Part shown: positions 19,430-29,303 of the stretch, piece by piece | How the letters are laid out: each line of letters begins with the position of its first letter | How positions within the stretch are numbered: position 1 is the stretch's first letter | NCBI RefSeq assembly: GCF_020885515.1 | Contig: NZ_AP024987.1 | Span: forward strand, 900,001-932,000 | Reading direction: 5' to 3' | DNA length: 32,000 bases | Origin: a cyanobacterium endosymbiont of Braarudosphaera bigelowii | GTDB taxonomy: Bacteria; Cyanobacteriota; Cyanobacteriia; Cyanobacteriales; Microcystaceae | Program-made: the position numbers and the translations under genes | The notes under the pieces: generated by a model | Database searches by the model: none | What the model was told of the DNA's origin: nothing | The model's input: the letters and a program-made list of their open reading frames with translations, nothing else

Positions 19430-19552
19430 TAAACAGTCCTCAACAGTGTACTAATTTTTCAGTAACATATTCCTATTAATATTTACTAATTTTTATAAGT
19501 TTAGTTTATGAAATATTATACTTATTAATTTCAACTATGATAGTGTTAGTGA

Positions 19553-20092
19553 CTATTGAATAATCCATAATAAAGATCTACCCACATCTCTTATAAGTTT
19601 ATCTAAAGGCTCTGAAGGTGTATTAGAGGGTACAGGGAATGGTTTTGATATTATTCCTTGAGTTCCAAATATAATTTCTCCTATAGTTTTGGCACGATTA
19701 ACATGATTATTTGATGTTATGAGATAAATACCTTTAGTTTTTTGAATCTGTAATTTTTTAATTAAGCTTACAAAATTAGTAACAGTATCTTTTGCTCTAT
19801 AGTCTAAATAAAGTCTATTATTATTAATTCCTGCATTCATAAAAATTTTAGTTATATATATTTGCGGTCCACCTGAAGATACCAAAAGAGCCAAATTCGT
19901 GTGTTTAAGCGCTAATTTTGCAGAAAACCGCTCTCTTTCTTCGTGTCCACCTAATATAAATATAACTTTAGGTTTAATAAAATATTTTTGTAACTGTCTA
20001 TCAGTAAACACTAAACTTGTAATTAATAAAAATGTAAAAATAAAAAGTTTTATTTTTATTTTTGATTTAATAAAATAATTGCTAAAAGACAT
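19553..20092 (-). CDS. DUF218 / YdcF (ElyC/SanA-like) family protein
   Basis: 179-aa ORF with an N-terminal anchor. Family-like stretches are FILGGHEERERF, ALLVSSGG, LDYRAKDTVTNF and IYLITSNNHVNRAK. Confidence 0.7.
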   Translation of the reverse strand: MSFSNYFIKSKIKIKLFIFTFLLITSLVFTDRQLQKYFIKPKVIFILGGHEERERFSAKLALKHTNLALLVSSGGPQIYITKIFMNAGINNNRLYLDYRAKDTVTNFVSLIKKLQIQKTKGIYLITSNNHVNRAKTIGEIIFGTQGIISKPFPVPSNTPSEPLDKLIRDVGRSLLWIIQ

Positions 20093-20200
20093 AAGTTGTA
20101 TATTTTTTATTCAACATTATCAAAGTGTTACTATTATTTTGTTTAAGATGTTAATCTAGAATAAATAAATAATTAATTTCTTATTTATAATAAATATTTA

Positions 20201-21253
20201 ATGATGAGTAAAGTTGTTGTAGGTTTATCAGGTGGAGTAGATAGTTCAGTAGCTGCTGCAAGCTTGTGTAATCAGAATTACGAAGTTTCTGGTTTAACTC
20301 TATGGTTAATGAAAGGAAAAGGTCAATGTTGTTCAGAAGGAATGGTAGATGCAGCACATATTTGCGAACAGTTAAGCATTCCTCACTATATTGTAGACGC
20401 TAAAGAATTATTTAAAAAAAATATCGTAGATTATTTGGTATCAGGATATAGATCTGGAATAACTCCCTCACCCTGTTCTCAGTGTAACCGTTCTGTAAAA
20501 TTTAAGCCGATGTTAGATTATGCTGAAAAAGAATTAAACTGTAATTTAATCGCTACTGGTCATTATGCTCGTATACGTTATGATAAAGAAACCGACAAGT
20601 ATCACTTACTAAGAGCAATAGATCGTAGTAAGGACCAATCCTATTTTTTATATGATCTCCCTCAAGAAATACTAGCCAGAACAATTTTTCCATTAGGAGA
20701 GCAAACTAAAGAAGATACTCGTCGTATGGCTACTGAATTTAAACTTAAAACTGCAAACAAACCAGAAAGCCAAGATTTATGCCTTATAGAATCTTATGGT
20801 TCTATGGCATCCTTTTTAGAAAAATATATTCAACCTCAAACAGGAAATATCGTTAATCTAAAGGGTAAGGTTCTAGGCAATCATAAAGGGATTCATAATT
20901 ACACAATCGGTCAAAGAAAGGGACTTGGAATATCAGCCTCAGAACCTTTATATGTATTGAAATTAGACTTTCGTAATAATCAAGTAGTTGTAGGAAAACG
21001 TTCTGATGGGCTTCGTTCTAGTTGTATAATTAAAGACGTAAACTGGATTTCTATATTTGAACCTAATGCTCCTATGAAGGTAGAAGTTCAAGTTAGATAC
21101 CGTTCTCTTGCCGTCTATGCAAACATAATACCTATAGAAAATAATCGTTATAAATTAGTTTTTGAAGAACTACAATTCGGAATTACAGCTGGACAAGCAG
21201 CTGTCTTATACAATGATGATGTTGTTTTAGCTGGAGGAATCATTGAAAAGTAA
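20201..21253 (+). CDS. mnmA: tRNA-specific 2-thiouridylase (tRNA U34 2-thiolation)
   Basis: 350-aa ORF. It carries the PP-loop [15 protein letters not shown], the catalytic Cys region PCSQCN, and the stretches ATGHYAR and KDQSYFLY. Confidence 0.95.
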   Translation: MMSKVVVGLSGGVDSSVAAASLCNQNYEVSGLTLWLMKGKGQCCSEGMVDAAHICEQLSIPHYIVDAKELFKKNIVDYLVSGYRSGITPSPCSQCNRSVKFKPMLDYAEKELNCNLIATGHYARIRYDKETDKYHLLRAIDRSKDQSYFLYDLPQEILARTIFPLGEQTKEDTRRMATEFKLKTANKPESQDLCLIESYGSMASFLEKYIQPQTGNIVNLKGKVLGNHKGIHNYTIGQRKGLGISASEPLYVLKLDFRNNQVVVGKRSDGLRSSCIIKDVNWISIFEPNAPMKVEVQVRYRSLAVYANIIPIENNRYKLVFEELQFGITAGQAAVLYNDDVVLAGGIIEK

Positions 21254-21353
21254 AAAATTCTATTCTAATTTTAGCCTTGTACTATCAAAATATTTGTAAA
21301 GAATACAAGCTACAATTTAATAATCAATTTATTTTTAATAAATGTTTTTTATG

Positions 21354-21389
21354 ACTTATGTACTAAGTTTGTATATTAAGTACATAAGT
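21354..21389 (+). terminator. Hairpin about 100 nt downstream of mnmA
   Basis: ACTTATGTACT pairs with AGTACATAAGT, giving an 11-bp perfect stem and a 14-nt loop. It is followed by ATATTTTA. Confidence 0.35.
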
Positions 21390-21439
21390 ATATTTTAACT
21401 ATTTGAATTAGAATCATATTATCGATTTTATAATTAATT

Positions 21440-21458
21440 AGGTGGGCATTACCCACCT
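21440..21458. terminator. GC-rich hairpin between the convergent genes mnmA and ndhB
   Basis: AGGTGGG-CATTA-CCCACCT is the only GC-rich stem in this spacer and lies 31 nt beyond the ndhB stop. It has no clean T-tract on either side. Confidence 0.4.
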
Positions 21459-21489
21459 TACTATTACTAATCTTATTGGAGCTGTAGTT

Positions 21490-23052
21490 TCAATCTATTG
21501 ACATGACTAATGCTTCTGTTTTAGAAACATGAATACTATCAACGCTTGCTTGTAAGATTGGAGTACTTAGTACTGAATCATGAGCTAAGGTGACTAAAGG
21601 ATTAGATAGGATTCCTATCAAAGAAGTTGCTACTACGGATAAAACTAAGCCAACCTGTAAAGGTCTCATTCCTGGTAAGTCCCATCTAACTCTAGGATAG
21701 TTTTTAACAGCATCAGACATTTCACTTTCTTCCTTGACAACCATCATTTTTACTACACGAATGTAATAATAGATGGATATAACACTAGTAACTAATGCTA
21801 ATGATACTAAAGTGTAAAGTTCAGCCTGCCAGCCTGCCCAGAAAAGATAAATCTTACCAAAGAATCCTGCTAGCGGAGGAATGCCACCAAGGGAAAGTAA
21901 AGATATACTAAGATATAAAGTTAGTAAAGGATCCTTTTGATATAGTCCTGAGTAATCACTGATTTTATCCGTTCCAGTTTGAAGAGAGAAAAGGATTACA
22001 CCACTAAAAGCTCCTAAGTTCATAAATAGGTATACTAGTAGATAAAATAGCATACTAGAATATCCAATATCCGTTCCCGCAATTAAACCTATCATTACGA
22101 ATCCTGCTTGAGCGATTGAAGAATAGGCCAGCATTCTTTTCATGCTTGTTTGGGCTAAAGCTACTATATTTCCTAGTATCATACTCATGATGGCTAAAGC
22201 AGTGAAAATTAGATGCCATTCATCTGTTATAGAAGAAAAAGCAGTTACCAGTAAGCGAATAGCTAAAGCAAAACCAGCCGTTTTAGATCCTACAGAAAGA
22301 AAAGCAACCACTGGTGTAGGTGATCCTTCGTAGACATCTGGTGTCCACTGATGAAAAGGAACTGCGGATATTTTAAACGCGATGCCAGCAATCATAAATA
22401 CTAAAGCAACTGCTAACTCCAAAGAAGAACTACGGCTGCCATTCGCAATATTACTAGATATAGAGCTAAGAATTGTTTCTCCTCCTGATATTCCATATAG
22501 AAGAGAAGCTCCATAAAGGAAAATAGCTGTGCTAGAAGCTCCTATTAAAAGATATTTTAAAGCTGCTTCGTTAGACCGAGGATCACGTTTCATATATCCT
22601 GTCATTAGATATGAAGAAATACTTAGCACCTCCATAGAAATAAAAATCATCACTAGTTCATTAGCACCACAAAGGAACATGGCTCCAAGTGTAGCTGTTA
22701 ACATTATGACTATAAATTCTGCTAAGGGTGTTCCTGTTTGTTCTATATATCGAATAGACATAGAAATAGTAATAATTGTAGATAAAGCAATAATTACTCT
22801 AAAAATAATACTTAAATGATCTCCATTAAAGCCTCCTAAAAAACTTATAGTAGAGGGATTGTTCCAATTAATGTAAAGAGAAATTAGTGAAGCAAACAAG
22901 CCAATTATTGCTCCATAAGGAAGCCATATTCTGGCGTTACGTCCTCCAATTAAATCTCCAACGAGAATCAAGATCAAAGTGATAATGACAATTCCTTCAG
23001 GAAGAATTGTTCCAGCATTGAGTTGGCTGGCAATATTGCTAGAAAAGTCCAT
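21490..23052 (-). CDS. ndhB: NAD(P)H-quinone oxidoreductase (NDH-1) subunit 2
   Basis: 520-aa polytopic ORF with an ATG start. The N-terminus is typical of cyanobacterial NdhB ([29 protein letters not shown]). Conserved blocks include [32 protein letters not shown]. Confidence 0.96.
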   Translation of the reverse strand: MDFSSNIASQLNAGTILPEGIVIITLILILVGDLIGGRNARIWLPYGAIIGLFASLISLYINWNNPSTISFLGGFNGDHLSIIFRVIIALSTIITISMSIRYIEQTGTPLAEFIVIMLTATLGAMFLCGANELVMIFISMEVLSISSYLMTGYMKRDPRSNEAALKYLLIGASSTAIFLYGASLLYGISGGETILSSISSNIANGSRSSSLELAVALVFMIAGIAFKISAVPFHQWTPDVYEGSPTPVVAFLSVGSKTAGFALAIRLLVTAFSSITDEWHLIFTALAIMSMILGNIVALAQTSMKRMLAYSSIAQAGFVMIGLIAGTDIGYSSMLFYLLVYLFMNLGAFSGVILFSLQTGTDKISDYSGLYQKDPLLTLYLSISLLSLGGIPPLAGFFGKIYLFWAGWQAELYTLVSLALVTSVISIYYYIRVVKMMVVKEESEMSDAVKNYPRVRWDLPGMRPLQVGLVLSVVATSLIGILSNPLVTLAHDSVLSTPILQASVDSIHVSKTEALVMSID

Positions 23053-23287
23053 AAGTTAATTAGTAACAGAGGTTCGTAAAAAATATCTAAGCTCTTAAAC
23101 TTGAGATATCTGTATTTGATGAGATAAACGTCCTTCTGCAATCATAAGATATAGAAGTAAAATCATGCTAGTTTTTATACAAGTAATCACGTCTCAAAAA
23201 AATTATTTCAATATCGTTACTATTATTTTTTATTTAAAATACTCATTTTTTGCCAATAATTCTTAACTTTATGTGTCGTTAGAGTAT

Positions 23288-23830
23288 CTATCTTATACAA
23301 AGATAACATTTGGACCATCTCTGTAATTCGCGTAAAGAGGCTGGACGTTGGCATTTTGGACAAATTGAAAAAGATGTTAATTTATTTTTTACGGCCATAG
23401 TCCATTTCTCAAAAGCTTCTTGAGCGGTTTCATCTTTTCTTATAGTAATTTTAGAAACAGATGAATAAGAATTTTTATGTGAGAAAAAACAAGCTTTTTC
23501 TTTCTTATATGGAGGACTTTTAAAAAGTTTCTTTTCAGACCATTTAGCTGAAGAGAAGTGAAGTTTATTAATGGAAGTAACTAATAAATGCTGATTAATT
23601 TTTTTAAGTAAAGAATATTGTTGGAATGATAATTCTTGAGACCATCCTGAGCTTGAAGTTGCAATATAAACAATATCTTGACTAATAGATAATATATCTG
23701 TGTTGATTAGAATATCATGTGTAACTATAGCTTTCCATATGTTACATATCTCCATATACCTATGGTAATCAATCCAATGTCCTTGTTTTGCTAGTGATTC
23801 TAGTGGTGTATCGAGTGAAGTAAGTGCCAT
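23288..23830 (-). CDS. DUF721 (DciA-like) protein with a C-terminal CxxC...CxxC zinc ribbon
   Basis: 180-aa ORF with an ATG start. The DUF721-like core is WKAIVTHDILINTDILSISQDIVYIATSSSGWSQELSFQQYSLLKKIN. The C-terminus is CPKCQRPASLRELQRWSKCYLC. Confidence 0.6.
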   Translation of the reverse strand: MALTSLDTPLESLAKQGHWIDYHRYMEICNIWKAIVTHDILINTDILSISQDIVYIATSSSGWSQELSFQQYSLLKKINQHLLVTSINKLHFSSAKWSEKKLFKSPPYKKEKACFFSHKNSYSSVSKITIRKDETAQEAFEKWTMAVKNKLTSFSICPKCQRPASLRELQRWSKCYLCIR

Positions 23831-24077
23831 CTTGACAAAAGTGGTAAATATAAAAGTATTTTTGTTTTAGTCTATTTTTGCGGAATATGTATTAATTTAC
23901 TATATGGCTAAATAATAAAATATGTGTTCATATTGTTATTAGCAATCTCTTAAAACAATATAAAATCTGTTAATAAAATTACGACATATCTATTATAAAA
24001 ATGTTGTTTTAATATAAATAAGTTAATTAATTTTGTTAGTATAAATATTTTAATCAAATTACTATTGTCACTATATT

Positions 24078-25238
24078 ATGCAGATTTATCTCGACTATAG
24101 TTCTACAACTCCTCCCCGGCCAGAAGTAGTTACTTGTGTTAATCAAGTGCTTTCAGAAAATTGGGGTAATCCCTCCAGCATACATCAGTGGGGAAAGAAA
24201 GCTTCTATGATTCTAGAAACAGCAAGAAAACAAATAACTAATTCAATCAAAGCTAATGATCTAGAATCAATTATTTTTACGTCAGGGGGAACTGAAGCTA
24301 ACAATTTAGCTATTTTAGGTATTGCCAAACAATATAAAAAAAGACAACATATTATTATTTCTAGTGTTGAACATTCATCAATTAATAAACCTATAAAGTT
24401 TTTAGAAACTCATGGGTGGAAAGTAACTCGTTTACCTGTAAATTGTCAGGGTAGAATTAATCCTCATGATTTAAAAGCTGCTATTAGAAAAGATACTATT
24501 CTTATTTCTATAATTTATGGGCAAAGTGAAGTAGGAACAGTACAACCTATTAAAGAACTATGTCAAATTGCAAAAAGTTATGATATTCTTTTTCATACAG
24601 ATGCAGCACAAGCAATTGGTAAATTAGCTATTAATGTTCAAGATTTAAATGTTGACTTATTATCTTTCTCAGCTCATAAAATTTATGGAATTCAAGGGGC
24701 CGGAGCTTTATATATACGTCCAGGAATTAAAATTTCTCCTTTACTTTATGGAGGAGGACAAGAGCAGGAAATACGTTCTGGAACTCAATCCTTAGCTACT
24801 ATCGCTGGTTTTGGAGTCGCTACGGAATTAGTCTGCGAGGAAATAATTGAAGAAAATAATAGATTAATACAGTTACGAAATCAATTATTTAAGTATATGT
24901 CTGATTGTCCTTATCTAATTCTTAGTGGACATCAAGAATATCGTCTTCCTCATCATGTAAGCTTTATTGTTTCGAATTTATCAAAGAACCAAAAATTGAA
25001 AAAAATCACTGGTCAAACTATTGTTCGTCATATGAACTTAGCAGGTATTGGTATTAGTGCTGGCTCAGCCTGTCATAGCGGTAAATTGATTCCCAGTCCA
25101 ATACTATTAGCCATGGGATACTCCGCAAGTGATGCAATAAGCGGAATTCGTTTAACTTTAGGCAAAGACACTACTATAAATGATATTACTTGGACAGCTA
25201 CTGTTTTAAAACAAATTCTTAGTCATTTATTTGAATAA
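24078..25238 (+). CDS. Cysteine desulfurase (class V aminotransferase, NifS/IscS-like group I)
   Basis: 386-aa ORF. Diagnostic stretches are IYLDYSSTTP, FTSGGTEANN, the PLP-lysine SAHKIYGIQGAGALY and the catalytic loop SAGSACHSG. Confidence 0.9.
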   Translation: MQIYLDYSSTTPPRPEVVTCVNQVLSENWGNPSSIHQWGKKASMILETARKQITNSIKANDLESIIFTSGGTEANNLAILGIAKQYKKRQHIIISSVEHSSINKPIKFLETHGWKVTRLPVNCQGRINPHDLKAAIRKDTILISIIYGQSEVGTVQPIKELCQIAKSYDILFHTDAAQAIGKLAINVQDLNVDLLSFSAHKIYGIQGAGALYIRPGIKISPLLYGGGQEQEIRSGTQSLATIAGFGVATELVCEEIIEENNRLIQLRNQLFKYMSDCPYLILSGHQEYRLPHHVSFIVSNLSKNQKLKKITGQTIVRHMNLAGIGISAGSACHSGKLIPSPILLAMGYSASDAISGIRLTLGKDTTINDITWTATVLKQILSHLFE

Positions 25239-25247
25239 TTTATATTA

Positions 25248-26639
25248 TTATATTTCCCCTCCAATAATTATGTTATTAATACGTAAACTTGGCCCTCCAC
25301 AACCTACAGGTAAGCCATTTTGACCTTCTTTACAACAACCTCCTGATTCATCCCAATCAAAATCATTACCAATTGCCTCAATATTTCTTAGTGTCTTAAA
25401 TGTATTTCCTGATAGTGTAACATCTCTTATTGGTTCGGCAATTTGACCATTCCTTATCATCCAAGCTTCCCCTGCACTAAAAGTATATGTTTCTCCATTA
25501 GTCATCCCTCCCAACCAATTTTTCGCATAGACTCCTTTCTTAATACCATCGAATAAATTTTTAACTGGAGTTTTTCCTCGTTCAATCCAAGTATTAGTCA
25601 TCCGAACCAAAGGAGGATAGTAGTAGTTTAAACAACGTGCATTACCGGTAGGACGTTCATTAAGTTTTCCTGCTGTTTCACGAGAATGAAGTCTACCAAC
25701 TACTAAGCCATTTTCAACAAGTTGAGTAGTTGTAGCTGGAACTCCTTCATCATCATAGAAATAGCTTCCTCTATGTCCCTGAGGTGCTGCTCCATCAAAA
25801 ATTTGTAATATTTTAGGTCCAAATTTTCTCCCTAAGCTAATTACTTCTGAAAGTTCTGGATTTTTACAAAATATATCAGCTTCTGAAAAATGTCCAAAAG
25901 CCTCATGAACAAACAATCCGGTTAAAATTGGATCTATAACTACTGTATAGCAACCGCCCTTTACTGAGGGCATGGTCAAAGCATTGATAGCTCTTGTTGC
26001 TGCACTTCGTACTTTTTTATCTAGTCCAGTTAATTTGTCATAGCCCTCCCTGGATCCAGTAGTTTCTCGCCCGATCTTTAAATTTTCACCATTTTGTGCA
26101 ATTGCAGAAAATCTCATTTCGATATCAATCCAGGATTGATCAATCATCATTCCTTCAGATGTTACAATAATTACGTGATGAGAACTATCATTGTAACTAA
26201 CTAAAGTAGTTGTAATCTGATGACTTACAGTTTGTAAAATATCATTATATTTATAACATAGTTCTTTTTTCTCTAATAAACTAACCTTGAATGGATTACG
26301 ACTAGTTAAAGGAAGTTCACATGTAGTCTGAATAGGGATGACAGGTGCAAGAATAGTTCTATTTGTCCCTACAAAAATTGCTGAGCCAATTGCTTTTTCT
26401 ATACTTTGAAACAAATGAGAAAATGAATCAAAAGAAGAAAAACCCCATCCTCCTTTATGACAAGCACGTACTTGTCCCCCTTTTGAAGTAGTTTCACTAA
26501 AATTTTCTGTTGTATTTGTCCGTAATTGAATATTAGTTCCTTCACAAGTTTCAAGTCTAATAGCTAAATAGTCAACACGATAGCGATTTTTAGCTATTAA
26601 ATCATAAAGTATATTTTTATAGCTGTTAATATTATGCAT
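25248..26639 (-). CDS. tldD: TldD-family metalloprotease
   Basis: 463-aa ORF with an ATG start. The zinc motif is HEAFGHFSEAD. A Gly-rich C-terminal region is typical of the TldD/PmbA fold (NGLPVGCGGPSLRINNIIIGG). Confidence 0.88.
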   Translation of the reverse strand: MHNINSYKNILYDLIAKNRYRVDYLAIRLETCEGTNIQLRTNTTENFSETTSKGGQVRACHKGGWGFSSFDSFSHLFQSIEKAIGSAIFVGTNRTILAPVIPIQTTCELPLTSRNPFKVSLLEKKELCYKYNDILQTVSHQITTTLVSYNDSSHHVIIVTSEGMMIDQSWIDIEMRFSAIAQNGENLKIGRETTGSREGYDKLTGLDKKVRSAATRAINALTMPSVKGGCYTVVIDPILTGLFVHEAFGHFSEADIFCKNPELSEVISLGRKFGPKILQIFDGAAPQGHRGSYFYDDEGVPATTTQLVENGLVVGRLHSRETAGKLNERPTGNARCLNYYYPPLVRMTNTWIERGKTPVKNLFDGIKKGVYAKNWLGGMTNGETYTFSAGEAWMIRNGQIAEPIRDVTLSGNTFKTLRNIEAIGNDFDWDESGGCCKEGQNGLPVGCGGPSLRINNIIIGGEI

Positions 26640-26856
26640 AACTAGAAAATTGTCTTAGTCATTAGAATCATACGATAATAATTAACTTAATTAAAATTAT
26701 TTTTTTTTAATACTATTAATAACTATATAGGTAAAATTATGGAATGATAAATTGAACTAAAAGTTATTTTGGTGTTATGGAGGTTGAATCAACTTTTAGA
26801 GTGTACTAATATCCACGATATCAACAATTACGTAGTATAAGATGGTAAAGTTTCTA

Positions 26857-27423
26857 TTATCTATTTCTAGTGTTTGGTATCTCTAACACAGGTCTATTTA
26901 AAGCAATTGTTAGAGCTTGATTTTCATTTTTCTGAACATAATGATGAAATATAAATCCGTCTTGTAACCAAATACCACTGAATATCATAACCATAGTACC
27001 TAAGCTGCCAAGAATAGTATTAAATTTTTTACGCTGTTGACGATCAATTTTATCAAAGATGTCTTGAGAAAAAGCGGATTTAGATTTAATACTTACAGGT
27101 GTAGAAATAATAAAGGTTTCTCTTTTAATTCGTAGTAATGCTTTATATGATTTATTAAAATTTGGATCAGTATCTAACCAATATTTTATCATTCTACTTT
27201 CTTTAGATGTAACTTCACCATCGATATAGGCACTTAATAATTCGAAACGCTTAGATTCGTCTTTTACGTTATTGTATTGTTCTGTTATAGACCTTTTCTT
27301 ATGTTTAGAATTAGACAATGTGACTAAACTCCCTATATATAGACCAAGAACTTTGGTTGCAGAGGCGGGAATTAATATTAGTATTGTCGTGATACTCCTT
27401 ATTAATGAAGAAGAAAACCACAA
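26857..27423 (-). CDS. Anti-sigma factor partner of the upstream ECF sigma (SapG-like); start codon uncertain
   Basis: The gene lies 11 nt downstream of the sigma factor stop. It has an anti-sigma N-terminal signature (FELLSAYIDGEVTSKESRMIKYWLDTDPNF) and a single TM helix (ILGSLGTMVMIFSGIWL). The maximal start at 27423 is TTG. An internal TTG at 27318 lies 10 nt downstream of a GGGAG. Confidence 0.6.
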   Translation of the reverse strand: MWFSSSLIRSITTILILIPASATKVLGLYIGSLVTLSNSKHKKRSITEQYNNVKDESKRFELLSAYIDGEVTSKESRMIKYWLDTDPNFNKSYKALLRIKRETFIISTPVSIKSKSAFSQDIFDKIDRQQRKKFNTILGSLGTMVMIFSGIWLQDGFIFHHYVQKNENQALTIALNRPVLEIPNTRNR

Positions 27424-27434
27424 TGAAACTAAAA

Positions 27435-28088
27435 TTAATCAATATATTTTTGTAAAACAGTTTGAAGCTTTGCTCTAGCCCTCGCAATTCTTGACTTAAC
27501 TGTTCCTAAAGAAACTTCTGTCATTTCTGCAATTTCTTCATAGGCTAAGCCTTCTATTTCACGAAGAACTATTGCAACACGAAATGCCTCTGGTAGGCCA
27601 GCAATTGCAGCTTGTAAGCGGTCGTAAAATTCACGAGTCGCAAGATTGTCGTCAGGACTTGGATAATCTGAAACAATATCCCATTCTATTTCTCCATCAT
27701 CTACTCTTCTAGGTGCGTCTAGGGACATAGGATGGCGAACTCGTTTACGTTTCCGGAGTTCATCATAAAATAAGTTTGTTGCTATACGACTTAACCATCC
27801 TCTAAATTTTACTGGTTCATTAAGTCTTTTTACATTTCTATAAACACGAATCCAAACCTCTTGAGCAAGATCTGCACGATCCTGCCAATCAGGTGCTAAG
27901 TGATAAAGAACTCTGTCAACATGAGATTGGTAGCGATTTAATAATTCGGTAAATGCTCCTCTATCAGGATTAACTCCTTTCTGACATAAGATAATAAGAT
28001 CATAATTGGAGAGCTTTTCTGGAGGCACTTTAGATTGATACTTTTGCCATTGGCTGAACAGACCAGGTGCCGAAATTGCTTGACTCAT
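27435..28088 (-). CDS. sigG: ECF-type RNA polymerase sigma factor (SigG-like)
   Basis: Region 2 is DLAQEVWIRVYRNVKRL...FRGWLSRIATNLFYDELRK. Region 4 is LPEAFRVAIVLREIEGLAYEEIAEMTEVSLGTVKSRIARAR. The ORF-track start at 28100 is TTG. The first ATG is at 28088 (MSQAIS...) and I use it here. Confidence 0.9.
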   Translation of the reverse strand: MSQAISAPGLFSQWQKYQSKVPPEKLSNYDLIILCQKGVNPDRGAFTELLNRYQSHVDRVLYHLAPDWQDRADLAQEVWIRVYRNVKRLNEPVKFRGWLSRIATNLFYDELRKRKRVRHPMSLDAPRRVDDGEIEWDIVSDYPSPDDNLATREFYDRLQAAIAGLPEAFRVAIVLREIEGLAYEEIAEMTEVSLGTVKSRIARARAKLQTVLQKYID

Positions 28089-28321
28089 AAGTTTACCCAA
28101 GATATATCTTTTTATCCCTGATATTCTTCATCAGAGGACGTAAATCCATAAAAATAGTTCCTTAAACTTCGAAATTTTAGAATAGTCTAATTTTAGTTAC
28201 TAATAGTATGGAGAATAACTTATTACACTTACAATAATAATGCTGTAGATAGTCAGTAATTTTTGCGTATTATTATTCTAATATCAAAGAATTATTTCAA
28301 TAGTTAAATTAGAGCTAAATT

Positions 28322-29161
28322 ATGTATTTTGCTAAATATCAAGGTTTAGGTAATGATTTTATTTTGATTGATAACAGAAGTAGTTCTAAGCTTCTATTAT
28401 CTTCTGAACAAATATTGAAAATGTGTAATCGTCATTTTGGAATTGGGGCTGATGGAATTATTTTTGTTTTAGCTGGAAATGAAATTAGCGACTATGGTAT
28501 GCGCATTTTTAATTCTGATGGCTCAGAGCCGGAAATGTGTGGTAATGGGATTCGTTGCTTAGTAAGTTTTATTAGTACTTTAGAAAAGTTTGAAAAGACT
28601 AGTAAAACTTATAAGATAAGTACATTGGCAGGTATTATAAGCGCTGAACTACAAACTAAAAAACAAGTAAAGGTAGAAATGGGAATTCCTCTACTTTTAA
28701 ATAAACAAATTCCTACAACTTTAAAAGACAAGAACAACACAGTTATAAATTATCCATTAGAGATAGAAAAAGAAATTTGGCCGGTTACCTGTATTAATAT
28801 CGGCAATCCTCATTGTGTTACTTTTATTAAAAATAGTGATTTGATTGATTTGGAGAAGTTGGGTCCATTATTTGAACATCACTCTGTTTTTCCAGAACGT
28901 ATTAATACAGAGTTTGTTGAAGTTATACGTTCTAATTACTTAAAAATGCGAGTTTGGGAGAGAGGTGCAGGAGCTACTTTAGCTTGCGGAACAGGTGCTT
29001 GTGCATCAGTTGTTGCAGGAGTTGTGGCTAAAAAAAATGATCGAATATGTACTGTTGAATTACCTGGAGGATGTCTTTCTATTGAGTGGATGGAAGATAA
29101 CGGTAAAGTATATATGACCGGAAGTGCAGAAGAAGTTTTTACAGGACAATATACTCAATAA
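28322..29161 (+). CDS. dapF: Diaminopimelate epimerase
   Basis: 279-aa ORF. It begins FAKYQGLGNDFILIDN and carries the two catalytic Cys motifs SEPEMCGNGIRC and TLACGTGACAS. Confidence 0.95.
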   Translation: MYFAKYQGLGNDFILIDNRSSSKLLLSSEQILKMCNRHFGIGADGIIFVLAGNEISDYGMRIFNSDGSEPEMCGNGIRCLVSFISTLEKFEKTSKTYKISTLAGIISAELQTKKQVKVEMGIPLLLNKQIPTTLKDKNNTVINYPLEIEKEIWPVTCINIGNPHCVTFIKNSDLIDLEKLGPLFEHHSVFPERINTEFVEVIRSNYLKMRVWERGAGATLACGTGACASVVAGVVAKKNDRICTVELPGGCLSIEWMEDNGKVYMTGSAEEVFTGQYTQ

Positions 29162-29303
29162 ATTCTATTGTACTAATCTAGTAGATGGTTTTCTAAATAC
29201 TCTTTGAGTATAGATTAGGGCATTTATCTTTTAAAACAATAAATACTCTAATCTATATACTTTATATATGAATATATAAAAACCACGTTTAATAGTTCTA
29301 TGT

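Noticed and set aside
22142-22819. Antisense ORFs of 63 and 96 aa opposite ndhB
   Set aside because: They are nested antisense ORFs with no supporting signals, for the same reasons as the other antisense frames above.
27272-27478. A 68-aa plus-strand ORF spanning the sigma/anti-sigma junction
   Set aside because: It is antisense to two well-supported, translationally adjacent genes, and its composition is typical of an off-frame.
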